A DNA stretch of 44,600 nucleotides, from positions 33,776,515-33,821,114 of the forward strand of contig NC_068994.1 of NCBI RefSeq assembly GCF_001194135.2, given 5' to 3'. A program made the translations under genes and the position numbers. A model generated the notes under the pieces. That model was given only the letters and a program-made list of their open reading frames with translations. It did not search any database and had not been told where the DNA came from. Shown here piece by piece: positions 11,664-22,968 of the stretch; the stretch's first letter is position 1, and each line of letters begins with the position of its first letter. The DNA is from Octopus bimaculoides (taxonomy: Eukaryota).

Positions 11664-11796
11664 CTTATCGTACATCGATACGGGAAAAATTCACAACCTT
11701 CTGCTCCAATCAAGCATTGTTCCTGAAAGTTGTGTTTTATATCTTCAATGGATTGCCTGAAGCTCATATCTTATATATATTGTCAAAAATGAGGAT
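11664..11796 (+). CDS. candidate internal coding exon (YRTSIREKFTTFCSNQALFLKVVFYIFNGLPEAHILYILSKMR), unknown gene
   Basis: Branch-like CTAAC, TTCTTTCAG acceptor and GAT|GTAAGT donor; only one of three frames stays open (43 codons, phase 1 to phase 2). No family recognised. Confidence 0.4.
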
Positions 11797-12333
11797 GTAA
11801 GTTTCCTCGTTAGGGATTTTTAGAATTCGGATATCAACTGATGTTATCAATTTATATATACGGTCCTCATCCATCTAAGTTAGTCCCTTGTTTACCACCA
11901 ATATGTAAGCATTCGCTCTGATGAAATCAGGTCATACTGTGGGGTTCTTTTACATTTAACATGGTACAAATCGTTTAAGCGACTCAGTCCAAACTTCGCC
12001 CTGGACGGAACGCTAGTTCGTCGCAAAGTTAACCCCCATTTACGTAAAATGCGTACATTGTAGCTACGTGAAATAAAGTGACATATTATGGGAAACACAT
12101 TGCAACCACACAACAGCAACACCGTTAACAGCAACATCATCAGCAACAAAGATAACAAAGACAAGAACAATAACAGCAACAACAACAGCCACAGCAACAA
12201 TAATAGGTATGTAATTTAAAGATAACCCATTGAAGGAATATGGATATGTTTGCTTGTCTGAGAAAATATTAAACGTTTTTGCCGCTTTTTTTCTGTACAC
12301 TGGTGTTATCTTCACCGTTTAAGGGTCGCTTAT

Positions 12334-12368
<35 letters not shown>

Positions 12369-12385
12369 ATGTATGTATGTATATT

Positions 12386-12761
12386 GTCGCAGATGTGGCT
12401 GTGCGGTAAGAAGCTTGCTTCTTAACAATATGATTCCGGAGGTTCAGTCCCACTGCGTGGCACCTTGGGCAACTGTCTCCTACTATAGCTTCGGCCCGGC
12501 CAAACCCTTGTGAGTGGATTTGGTCGACGGAAACTGAAAGAGGCCCATCGTATACATATGTGTGTAGGTGGGGGCGCATGTGTATGTTTGTTCCCCTACC
12601 ATTGCTTGACAACCGATGTTGGTTTGTTTACGTCTCCGTGATATAGCGGTTCGGCAAAAAGACCGATAGAATAAGTACTAGGCTTGCAAAGACTAAGACC
12701 TGAGGTCCAGCATGGCGGCAGGCAAATGACTGAAAGAAGTAAAGAAAAAAATGAAAAAGAA
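12386..12761 (+). mobile_element. near full-length tRNA-derived SINE (octopus OR/OK-like)
   Basis: A-box-like TGGCTGTGCGG (12396), B-box-like GGTTCAGTCCC (12441), internal (TG)-rich spacer and A-rich tail. Lacks ~25 bp of the 3' part seen in the copies at 874 and 15065. Confidence 0.9.
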
Positions 12762-12914
12762 ATATACATATATAATGGTAATAATCTGCATATTCCTTTT
12801 TGTGTTACTGAATAGAACTGTAACCATTATTATGACAAATAATATCAATATCTTTAAACTCTGTACATGAAAGAAATCTGTACTTCACGGACATTTGTCT
12901 CGAGAAACATCAAC

Positions 12915-13598
12915 AGAAATATCCTAATATCTTTTTCTACTTTCGGCACAAGGACCGAAATTTTAGATCGACCCCAGTACGCAACTGGAACTTAATTTAT
13001 CGACCTCGAAAGAATGAAAGGCAAAATCATCCTCAGCGGAATTTGAATTCAGAACATAACGGCAGACGAAATACCGTTAAGCATTTCGCCCAGCGCGCTA
13101 ACGTTTCTTATTTCTTTACTATCCACAAGGGGCTACACACAGAGGGGACAAACAGGGACAGACAAACGGATTTAGTCGATTATAGTCAATTAGATAGTCA
13201 ATTAGATCGACCCCAGTACGCAACTGGTACTTAATTTATCGACCCCGAAAAGATGAAAGGCAAAGTCGACCTCGGCGGAATTTGCACTCAGAACGTAGTG
13301 GCAGACGAAATGCCGCTAAGCATTTTGCCCGGTGTGCTAACGTTTCCACCAGCTCGCCGCCTTAGATATATCCTAATATCCTTTTCTACTCTAGGCACAA
13401 GGCCCGAAATTTTGGGGGAGGAAGCCAGTCGATTAAATCGACCTCAGTACGCAACTGGTACTTAATTTATCGACCTCGAAAGGATGAAAGGCAAAGTCGA
13501 CCTTACCGGAATTTGAACTCAGACGAAATACTGCTAAGCATTTCGCCCGGCATGCTAATGTTTCTGTCAGCTCGCCGCCTTAGAAATATCCTAATATC
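12915..13598 (-). mobile_element. head-to-tail array of three tRNA-derived SINE copies (GTCGAT-rich family)
   Basis: GATCGACCCCAGTACGCAACTGG(A/T)ACTTAATTTATCGACC...GAAAGGCAAA...GGAATTTG occurs three times (~12932-13108, 13108-13363, 13381-13581); 17-bp AGA(A/T)ATATCCTAATATC at 12915, 13364, 13582. Confidence 0.9.
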
Positions 13599-14004
13599 AA
13601 AACATTTATTTATAATAATTGCTTTTACACACCTGATTGCGGCCATGCTGGAGTACCGTCATGTACTGTTTTACTCAAGTATTTCGATGTTCTTTGTATG
13701 TAGTCTGGTGCAAATTTATATCCATACTTACAGATCGAATATACGTGATTACTATGAGTTACAAATACTTTTACAACAGTGTATACAAATACAAATACAG
13801 GCATATTCACATACTTACACAGACACATGTATATATGCATATATGTATACATATATATGTGAATATATATACATATACATATATATACATATTCATATAT
13901 ACCCAGTTAAATAAATAAATATGTGTGTGTGTGTGTGTGTGCGTGTATGTGAGTGTGTGCACAATTGGCTTCGGGAATGTTTCCTTCAACCTAATTCCAC
14001 TAAC

Positions 14005-14125
14005 AAGACATTGGTCAACCCAAGGCTATGGTGGAAGATACTTGCTCAAGATGCTGTGTATCTACGATTGAAGCACGAAGCCAATAGTTGCGAATTGTGA
14101 ATCGAACTTCTTAAACGCACCACCC
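14005..14125 (-). mobile_element. degraded 5' part of OR/OK-like SINE
   Basis: TTGGTCAACCCAAGGCTATGGTGGAAGATACTTGCTCAAG is the reverse complement of the head of the 12386 copy. Confidence 0.65.
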
Positions 14126-14772
14126 ATGAAGGAGACCCAAAGATTATAATCAGTATTCATGCCACCAACCTCTGATATTTTTTTCCCTAAATGCCGCCAC
14201 GTCATACTATCGAATATAATTCACCACTGAATATCCACTGCCGCCATCTTGTATATGCCATCCTTCTTGCCTCTAGTGATATAAAAAAAAATGATAAAAA
14301 AAAAAAGAGAGAAAAAAATGATTGTTTCACCAGGTTTTATCACGTCTGGATGGAATATTCATCTAAATTACCCAACGTCATGTAAAAAAAAAAACCTAGG
14401 TTGTTAAATTAGAAAGTACCCCACAACTTCACTCATCGTTCACAATGTGATTTAATCTAGGAAATATGAAATCAAACACCACAAATTTAAATAACAGTAG
14501 CCGTTTATGTATTATTTAAAGTGTATACAACGTTGGTAGGCTAGTTACTGTGGTATCTGTCCTAAGATAACATGTCCTGTAGACGGATGGATACAGCAGT
14601 AACTTGCCTAACAACAGGTGTATATGCATTAAGCATGATACATAGGTGGCTATTTTAATTTAGTTTTGCTTCAGTTGCTTTTAGCGAGATTTTAAATGAC
14701 AATCAGCTGAGAAAAAAGAAATTGCATCACTTTAAGCCTAAATTAGACAGAAATAATAGCCATAATAATGGA

Positions 14773-14850
<78 letters not shown>

Positions 14851-15064
14851 GATGATGATAATCCATGTCCTCTATCTCTGTCCAAGTTGGATTTCTTCGC
14901 AATGGCTATTGTACACACACACACACACAAATACATGTAAGCACACACACATACACGCAAGCACACGCCTACGTGCGCGGGTACACAGACACACATATGC
15001 ACTCACATACACGTATGTATACACACATATATACATAAATACATACATAAACGTGTGTGCATAC

Positions 15065-15116
15065 AAGGCGGTGCTCCAGCATGGCCGCAGTCAAATGACT
15101 GAAATAAGTAAAAGAG
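15065..15116 (+). mobile_element. SINE 3' tail fragment (OR/OK-like)
   Basis: AAGGCGGTGCTCCAGCATGGCCGCAGTCAAATGACTGAAATAAGTAAAAGAG. Confidence 0.8.
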
Positions 15117-15336
15117 CAAGTGAACATATACACTTTCATACAGATTTATATATATCGACACATACATGCGCATAAATATATAAATACACATATTCAAATA
15201 TAAAGACATTTACATACTTGCTTACATACATAAAAACATTTGCAATCTGGTCATCAACACGGTTGCAGAGGACCCGTGTCAGTTACCAGGTCGCAGTTGG
15301 GGAGACGAAAATTTTGACACCAAATAATAACTAAGT

Positions 15337-15628
15337 CAGGGGTTTTCAAGCTTTTTGACTTGCGGACCCCTTTATATTTCAGGCTTTACCGTAGGGACCC
15401 CCTTATAAACACTTATGAAATTTATACATAAATATTTGCTTAAAATAACATATTTTTACATTTATTTATCTAACAGTATTTAACAAATAGGTTTATTGTC
15501 AATTAAAAGATTTCGATTAAAAAACAGGTATAAAATCAAATTGCCCATAAAAAGTATTTGCTGTCCACGGACCCCTGTCTTGTCCCTGCGGACCCTGTGG
15601 TCCGCGGACCACAGTTTGAAAACCCCTG
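15337..15628. mobile_element. hAT-type MITE, 292 bp
   Basis: Perfect 13-bp TIRs CAGGGGTTTTCAA / TTGAAAACCCCTG; flanking 8-mers AACTAAGT / GTTTAAGT (degenerate 8-bp TSD); subterminal GGACC(C) repeats at both ends. Confidence 0.85.
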
Positions 15629-16170
15629 GTTTAAGTGATGCTAGCAGTCTTTGAATGATTTTTGAATGGCTGATGTATGTCTTCTACACTGAACTGTTTT
15701 AGTTTCAACGCACGGTCGCAGATCTAATGGTGAGTACATAGCCTAGAATATTCTCGGTAGCTTTCAAAGAATGTATTTGGATGTTTAATAAGTGTTTTGT
15801 TCTCCTTAGATTTAATGGAAGCACAGGAAATTGAACGACGACCAGAGACATTCCTACACATATATATGTATATATATCCAAGCATTCATAGTTATGCGTA
15901 TACATACACTCATACATTCAAAATGAGCGAAGACCACACGCATGTTTAATTGAATACATACGTACGCACGCGCGTAAATATATAGATAAATAGATAGATA
16001 GACAGATACATACATACATACATACATACATACATACATACATACGTACGGAATTACATTCGTGCACACTATATAAATAGATGCATGTATGTGTTTATGT
16101 AGTTTGCACGAATATATATATATATTCATGCATGAATATATACGTGCACACACACACACACACACACACG

Positions 16171-16217
<47 letters not shown>

Positions 16218-16808
16218 CGTTCATCGCAGCCTCATCAGGCATAAACGACCGATAAATTTTTGGAAATCATCTTATCAGATATTATAATGATATGGCTTAG
16301 ATGTCTTTGGAAGTCTTTCAAATCCATTATATCTCCTGTTGATATTTATCCTCTGCTAATTAGCAGAAGACAACCGTCTAGATGTTCTAATTTCCTAAAA
16401 TTATATCTAGCAACATCTTCAGTTTAAAGCCTATATTGAACGTGATTTAGCATCGTTTACTACATAAAAGACATGGCGGAGAATGGGAAGAACATTTGGA
16501 GCGACGGACAGAATGACTTAATATAGCTGTTCCACCTCTCAGCATTTTGAGTTCACATCCCACCGAGGACAACTTTACCTTTCTGATAAAGCAAAAGCCA
16601 AATACTGAGGCTGAGCTTTCTCTCCCTTTCTTAAACACTCATGGTCTCCCTTTCTTTTTCTTTCTTTCACTCTCTCTTTCTCACTCATTTTCATCCTTCC
16701 TTTATTTTTGTTCCTCACCCTTTTATTCTCTGTTAATGTCTCTCTCTTCCGCTCTCATTCACTCTCACTTTCTAGTTCACTATTTTTATCACTCACTCTT
16801 ACCTTCCA

Positions 16809-16847
<39 letters not shown>

Positions 16848-18598
16848 TCACCCTCTCTTTCTTTCTTATTTATTCCTTTTCATTCTCTCTCTCTATNNNN
16901 NNNNNNNNNNNNNNNNNNNNNNNNNNNNNNNNNNNNNNNNNNNNNNNNNNNNNNNNNNNNNNNNNNNNNNNNNNNNNNNNNNNNNNNNNNNNNNNNNNNN
17001 NNNNNNNNNNNNNNNNNNNNNNNNNNNNNNNNNNNNNNNNNNNNNNNNNNNNNNNNNNNNNNNNNNNNNNNNNNNNNNNNNNNNNNNNNNNNNNNNNNNN
17101 NNNNNNNNNNNNNNNNNNNNNNNNNNNNNNNNNNNNNNNNNNNNNNNNNNNNNNNNNNNNNNNNNNNNNNNNNNNNNNNNNNNNNNNNNNNNNNNNNNNN
17201 NNNNNNNNNNNNNNNNNNNNNNNNNNNNNNNNNNNNNNNNNNNNNNNNNNNNNNNNNNNNNNNNNNNNNNNNNNNNNNNNNNNNNNNNNNNNNNNNNNNN
17301 NNNNNNNNNNNNNNNNNNNNNNNNNNNNNNNAGTGGAAATTCAGACCAGACACCACACAGTGAAAATGAAAATGACAGAAACGATACCTGCCAATAAGTC
17401 TTATCGGAAAAGAACTCCAGGGTCCACCGACCCTATTTATCTAAAGAAAGCGCGAAGTCGCAGGAAATGGATTGTGATTGCGGTCCTCGACCCTAATCCA
17501 GTGAGGAAAGGATGAAAAGTGAATTTTAAAATCCATTTTTGTTTCGTTTTTGCAAACACGTTTAAGATCTTTTTGTTAACCGACCAGAGGGTGACTTGAG
17601 AGAGATTCGGCTGCTATTTCTAGAAAGTCGAGCGACTGTATGAAAGCGCCTCATTGATTGTGGAGGAATGTATTACTTAATGACTTCAACTGTTGTAGTT
17701 TATATCGTTATTGTTGCTGTTGTTGGTAAGCTTTAAGTCGTTCCTAAACAAGTAAACGTATTATCAAAGACCGAGATCAACTCGGCTTTCATCAGACATA
17801 ATACATCTAGGATTACACTATTCAGGCTGACGTTTCACCATCATCGTTATCGTCGTCGTTTTGGTCGTTCCCATCATCATCATCACCATCATCAACATCA
17901 TCATCATCATCATCATCATCACCATGATCATCATCATCATCATCACCAACAACACTACTACTATTATCACATCCATCATCATTATCATCTTCTTTGGCGC
18001 CGTCGTTATCGTCGTCGTCGGCGTGGTTACCATCAACATCCTCATCATCATCATCATCAACATCATTACAAAGCTAATAAAATCAAATCGCAATGGTGCC
18101 AACAAGCGAAATTTCAAAATGAGTCATCTACCCAGGTGGTTACAAAAGTGATGCAGGGTGAGTGTGGAGACCCGAGTGCAGCTGAGAAGTTAAGAATATT
18201 TCGCTCTAGTAGTGCTNNNNNNNNNNNNNNNNNNNNNNNNNNNNNNNNNNNNNNNNNNNNNNNNNNNNNNNNNNNNNNNNNNNNNNNNNNNNNNNNNNNN
18301 NNNNNNNNNNNNNNNNNNNNNNNNNNNNNNNNNNNNNNNNNNNNNNNNNNNNNNNNNNNNNNNNNNNNNNNNNNNNNNNNNNNNNNNNNNNNNNNNNNNN
18401 NNNNNNNNNNNNNNNNNNNNNNNNNNNNNNNNNNNNNNNNNNNNNNNNNNNNNNNNNNNNNNNNNNNNNNNNNNNNNNNNNNNNNNNNNNNNNNNNNNNN
18501 NNNNNNNNNNNNNNNNNNNNNNNNNNNNNNNNNNNNNNNNNNNNNNNNNNNNNNNNNNNNNNNNNNNNNNNNNNNNNNNNNTTGTTGTCGTTGTAGTT

Positions 18599-18741
18599 GT
18601 TCAAATTCCGCCGAGGTCGACCTGCCTTTCATCCTTTCGGGGTCGATAATTAATATAAGTACCAGTTGAAAACAGGGGTCGATGTAATCGACACATCATC
18701 TCCCTACAAAAATGGCTGCCCTTGTGGCAAAATTTGAAACC
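18599..18741 (+). mobile_element. SINE (GTCGAT-rich family), B-box to 3' end
   Basis: GTTCAAATTCCGCCGAGGTCGACCTGCCTTTCATCCTTTCGGGGTCGATAA, followed by an (ATT)n tail. Confidence 0.85.
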
Positions 18742-18746
18742 ACCAC

Positions 18747-18801
<55 letters not shown>

Positions 18802-18813
18802 ATCATCATCATC

Positions 18814-19032
18814 AAGGTGTGAGCTGGCTTTCGTTAGCACGACGGGCAAAACGCTTAGCAGTATTTCGTCTTTTGCTACGTTCTGAGTTCGAATTCCGCC
18901 AAGGTCGACTTTGCCTTTTACCCTTTCGGGAGGGGGTCGATAAATTAAGTACCAATGAAACACTGGGGTCGATGCTATCGGCTAATCCCCTCCTCCAAAT
19001 TTCAGGCCTTGTGCCTAGAGCCGAAGAGATTA
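18814..19032 (+). mobile_element. full-length tRNA-derived SINE (GTCGAT-rich family)
   Basis: Head AAGGTGTGAGCTGGC..GTTAGC, B-box GAGTTCGAATTCC at 18885, 3' end CCTTGTGCCTAGAGCCGAAGAG followed by (ATT)n. Confidence 0.9.
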
Positions 19033-19058
19033 TTATCATTAGAATTATAATAATAATA

Positions 19059-19096
<38 letters not shown>

Positions 19097-19146
19097 GATT
19101 ATTATTATTATCATTATTATTGTTATCATCACTATCATCATCAGCA

Positions 19147-19184
<38 letters not shown>

Positions 19185-19358
19185 GCTATCATCATCATCA
19201 TCAGTAGTAGTAGTAGTAGTGGTGGTGGTGGTGGTGGTGGTGGTGGCGGCGGTGGTAGCAGCAGCAGCAGCAGCAGCAGCAACATGAGCCAAAACGGAGT
19301 TGTCAGTAGTCCAAAGATATCCTGTGTATTTATACTTATCCGATATCGTTTGTATCAG

Positions 19359-19401
19359 CTGATAAGATAATTTTTCGAAAGAGTTATCAGCAGAGGGAGT
19401 C
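19359..19401 (+). CDS. candidate small exon (DKIIFRKSYQQRE)
   Basis: TTTGTATCAG|...|GTAAGT with one open frame; phase-compatible with a candidate exon ending at 18157 (CAGG|GTGAGT). Confidence 0.15.
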
Positions 19402-19539
19402 GTAAGTGCAGCGGCGGCGACGGTGACGTTGACGTTGACGGTGGTGGCAGCGGCGTTGGTGGTAGACTCTGCGTTGATTTGTCTGTGGTGGTGCACGCAG
19501 TGGTGAGTGCGGCGGTCTGGTTGGTGCTCGGTTGGTCTG

Positions 19540-19730
19540 TTCGTTGGTCTGTTGGTGCGAGACTAATTTATTTGGCCGGAACATGACTAAAATCTTTAAG
19601 GCACTCTGCACCCTACCCTGCCTTGCTCTCCGCCCTATCGTCCACCAATCACACAATCTATTCACGAACGTGCGTGTGGTATTAAGCCGCCTGATTCTGG
19701 TCTCTCTCTCTGTTGATTGGCTTAAATCTA
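19540..19730 (-). promoter_or_regulatory. promoter-like motif cluster (CCAAT boxes, GC box, Inr-like TTAGTC)
   Basis: ATTGG 19716, CCAAT 19645, CCGCCC 19630, GACTAA at 19585 and 19561, in a relatively GC-rich patch. Confidence 0.25.
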
Positions 19731-20354
19731 ACATGCCCAGATAGATACATCCAAAAACCGGGCGCATGTATGTATGTATGCATGTATGTATGTACGTACG
19801 TATGTATGTATTATGTATGTATGTATGTATGTATGTATGTATGTGTGTATGTATGTATGTGTCTGTGTATGTGCATGCGTGTGATTGTGTTTATGTATGT
19901 AAGAATATGTATGTATACTTTGGATACATAATTTCGATTATGTAGATATATGCTTGCGTGTATATAAACACAAATGTGCATATGTAAAGTATATATGAAC
20001 GGTGTATCCGTGTATGAAAGTATATAAGCACACGCATATATACACATACACACATTTAATCATACACACAACACACACACATACACACACGCACACACAC
20101 ACATACACACACACACACACATATATCCACATACATGTACATACAAAGAGGCAAATTACTAAACGAACTTCTAAATACTGCGCTGCACAATACGTTCTGT
20201 ATATAAAAGTGCCGTTAGTTTTTACTTGCAGTCACTGAATTGAACTGTCAACAGCAATAAATACTGTTGCAAACTTTCCTCTCTCCTTGGTTTTTGCTGA
20301 ATAAGGAATGCATCTGTCGTTGCCCTCGTTTGTAACTCTTGGTCTTTTCTCAAA

Positions 20355-21670
20355 TTACATGGTGCGAGTATTTTTGGAATGTGTTGTTATTTATCCCTGT
20401 AAACTCCCTAAACTGTTTTGCTTCTTGAAAACTTCGGCTTGTTAAACAGTACCTATGTCTAATCCAGAAGCTACAAAGCAACTCTGTTGCATTATGTACC
20501 GTACTGAATGGCATATAATTTGCACTTTTTTAAAACAAAATTGTCTGAATACATTCTTCCTCACTGTGTTCTGGATGATCTTCGAGCAACACCTTGATGT
20601 TGGCCATTGGATCTTGGGCACCAGTTCGGCCTTGGGGTTACAGGCAGAGCGGCTGATGTCATTCACAACCGTGTCCATCATATTACAATCCATAGGATTA
20701 CAATTGGGGTAATAAGACGGCAAGAAATTGGAGCTGTTCAAGTAATAACATTTTTCCGACAACCACCTCTGACTCTTTGAGGAGGCATGGTAAGGAGCCG
20801 AATTCTGCTGACACACACATGACCGTCCAGCGCTAGTTCTCTCCAACTAGGCTTTGACCACAGTTTCCAGTCGCTTCACATTCCAGCCGTCTGAATTAAT
20901 CCTGAGGCCTCTTTCAAAGATATCGGACAGCATGACTTTACTATCACTGGAAACACACCCAAAAACCATCACAGTTAGGGGTAACTTGGTTTTCATGATA
21001 CATCACATGGATTGTAGGTAAACCACCTGTTGTTCCATGAGTTGTGCAATTCGTCCTGATAAAAATTTCTTTTTTCATTTGTGACGAACCGGATCATTCA
21101 TGGCTCAGATGCCTCAGCTGGTTCAGGAGCTTTTTTTGACTTCGTGAAGCGGTACTCATTGATCATAGTTGTCAGGATTTGTCCCTTGCGCCTCTTGTAC
21201 GAATGATAGCAAGGGTCCTCATTCAGGGCCAGCTTCATGATGACAACTCCAATATTCATCTCTCTCGTCAAATCCCGGATTCCCTTAGTCGAATCTCCCA
21301 TTATTTTGTCCTGCAACTTTTGGATGAATTTCGGCGTGCGGACGCAGTCAGAACGGTTACAGCTTTTAAGTCTCAGTTGTAGCTGCCCACGTCACGTCTT
21401 ACAGCCTTTACATCGTTCACAATGCATTGAGAAGTAGTCATGAAGTTGGCATAATGGCACCTGACACGAATCATCATGATACAGGTACTTCTTTCCAATA
21501 TTCAGATGGCTTCCAGTCATCCATGACAGCATTTTTCTCAACTACAAATTTATTCTTTATTCTCTCCAACGCCGTTGGCTGTCCACTAATATATGAAGCT
21601 GTTTCTGAATAATGGAGACATAAAGATCTTCAAATTTAGCCCGAAATCCCTGTGCTTATTCAATGCATCT
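20355..21670 (-). mobile_element. decayed Tc1/mariner-superfamily DNA transposon, DD37D (maT-like), ~1.3 kb
   Basis: Minus-strand frames give ..GIRDLTREMNIG..LALNEDPCYHSYKRRKGQIL.., ..MKTKLPLTVMVFGCVSSD.. and ..QQNSAPYH..RWLSE..PNCNPMD. There are 37 residues between the second catalytic position (here N) and the third D. Element ends are approximate. Confidence 0.9.
20540..21532 (-). pseudogene. DD37D transposase pseudogene (frameshifts, stops, first two catalytic Asp mutated to Asn)
   Basis: Pieces in ORFs 21098-21316 and 20442-20846 plus the intervening frame; TNEK replaces SDEK and QQNSAP replaces QQDSAP. Confidence 0.85.
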
Positions 21671-21746
21671 TCTTCCCTGATCTTCGATTCAAAAATTTAA
21701 CTTCTAATCTCACCAACGTTTACCTAGAAATCATTATCTCCCGTGC

Positions 21747-22771
21747 AGGGCACTAGGGCATATTGTGTGTTTTTCAAATATTTTTTTACCTTCGAACGAT
21801 AATCCAGATTACTTAGTAAATATGTCTTCCACGGGACCACCACTATATTTGCATATCGTCTCTGTGTTTCTTCCATCTTGATAAAACAAGCTTGTAACCT
21901 GAGTCATTGCTAAATACATTTGCTGTGTCACGAACAGATTGTGAAATTGTGCTTGCAGTTTCTCTTAGCCTAGTGTAAGCGAGACGCAATGTGTTTGGGC
22001 AATGATAACAGAATGTTTCTAAGATTCCAGCATCGAACTGAATGTTCTCTTTATCATTCTATTTGTATATGGTATCTGGGGCCTCCTGTATGTTTACGAT
22101 ATCAGCAGAAATCTTCGGGGATGTCAAAAACCTTTGATATTTTACTATCATCAACGTTGATAGTTAAGATGGTTGTTATATGTACGTACACACACACACA
22201 CACACACACTAAAACACACACACACATGCATATATAGTTAAAAAGTAATGTAAAAATACATTACAGAAGATATACTATAAACAGTTAAAATTATTTATGA
22301 ATATATCAATGACCAAACATGCTATCATAAAATACATAGAAGGGTGTTTGTAATTATGAACAAGTCACAATTATAACTACGAGACTTTCAAAACTCTTAC
22401 ACGACTTGTTCATAATTATAAACATTCTTCTTCTATATATATATTCATGCATATACGAACACGTATCAACAAATTCTATGGCGCTGTTTTGACTTAAACA
22501 AAAAAGGTTGGTTACCGTGAAGATCTCAAATCTCAATGAACGAACGTTACACATATGTATGCACTCACGCACGCACGCACACACACTAGGGCACTAGGAT
22601 ATATTATATCTTTCATATATTTTTTTACCTTCGAATGATAATCCTGATTACTTAGAAAAAATGTCTTCCACAGGATCACCACTATATTTGCATATCGTCT
22701 CTGTGTTTCTTCCATCTTGATAATACAAACTTGTAACCTGAGTCAATGGTAAATACATTTGGTGTGTCACG
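21747..22771 (+). repeat. pair of ~185-bp direct repeats (21747-21932 and 22588-22771)
   Basis: Both begin AGGGCACTAGG and share CACCACTATATTTGCATATCGTCTCTGTGTTTCTTCCATCTTGATAA; about 85% identical by eye. Confidence 0.9.
22333..22437. repeat. short inverted repeat / hairpin (possible mini-MITE)
   Basis: Perfect 16-bp arms TAATTATGAACAAGTC (22351-22366) / GACTTGTTCATAATTA (22403-22418), extendable outward with wobbles and one bulge. Confidence 0.75.
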
Positions 22772-22924
22772 CACACACACACGCACACATAGGCACACAC
22801 GGACGCACCAACATGCATACAAACACGCATATACGTACACGATCATGTAGGGAGAGACACTGAGAGCAGAAGTGAAGAATGAAAAGACACATTCGTACAT
22901 CTATATATATAATATATATATACA

Positions 22925-22968
<44 letters not shown>

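Noticed and set aside
11918-11924. CTGATGA as a hammerhead or C/D-box core
   Set aside because: No matching GAAA/stem II or box partner with terminal stem found nearby.
12386-12460. tRNA gene
   Set aside because: A- and B-box-like motifs are present, but there is no cloverleaf and the sequence continues into SINE body; the same applies to the heads at 18814 and 24250.
17737-18073. His/Arg-rich ~110-codon open frame
   Set aside because: Arises from (CAT/CGT)n repeats that lack stops in this frame; no ATG or convincing acceptor.
20355-21670. Active or domesticated transposase
   Set aside because: Multiple frameshifts and stops, and two of three catalytic Asp are replaced by Asn.
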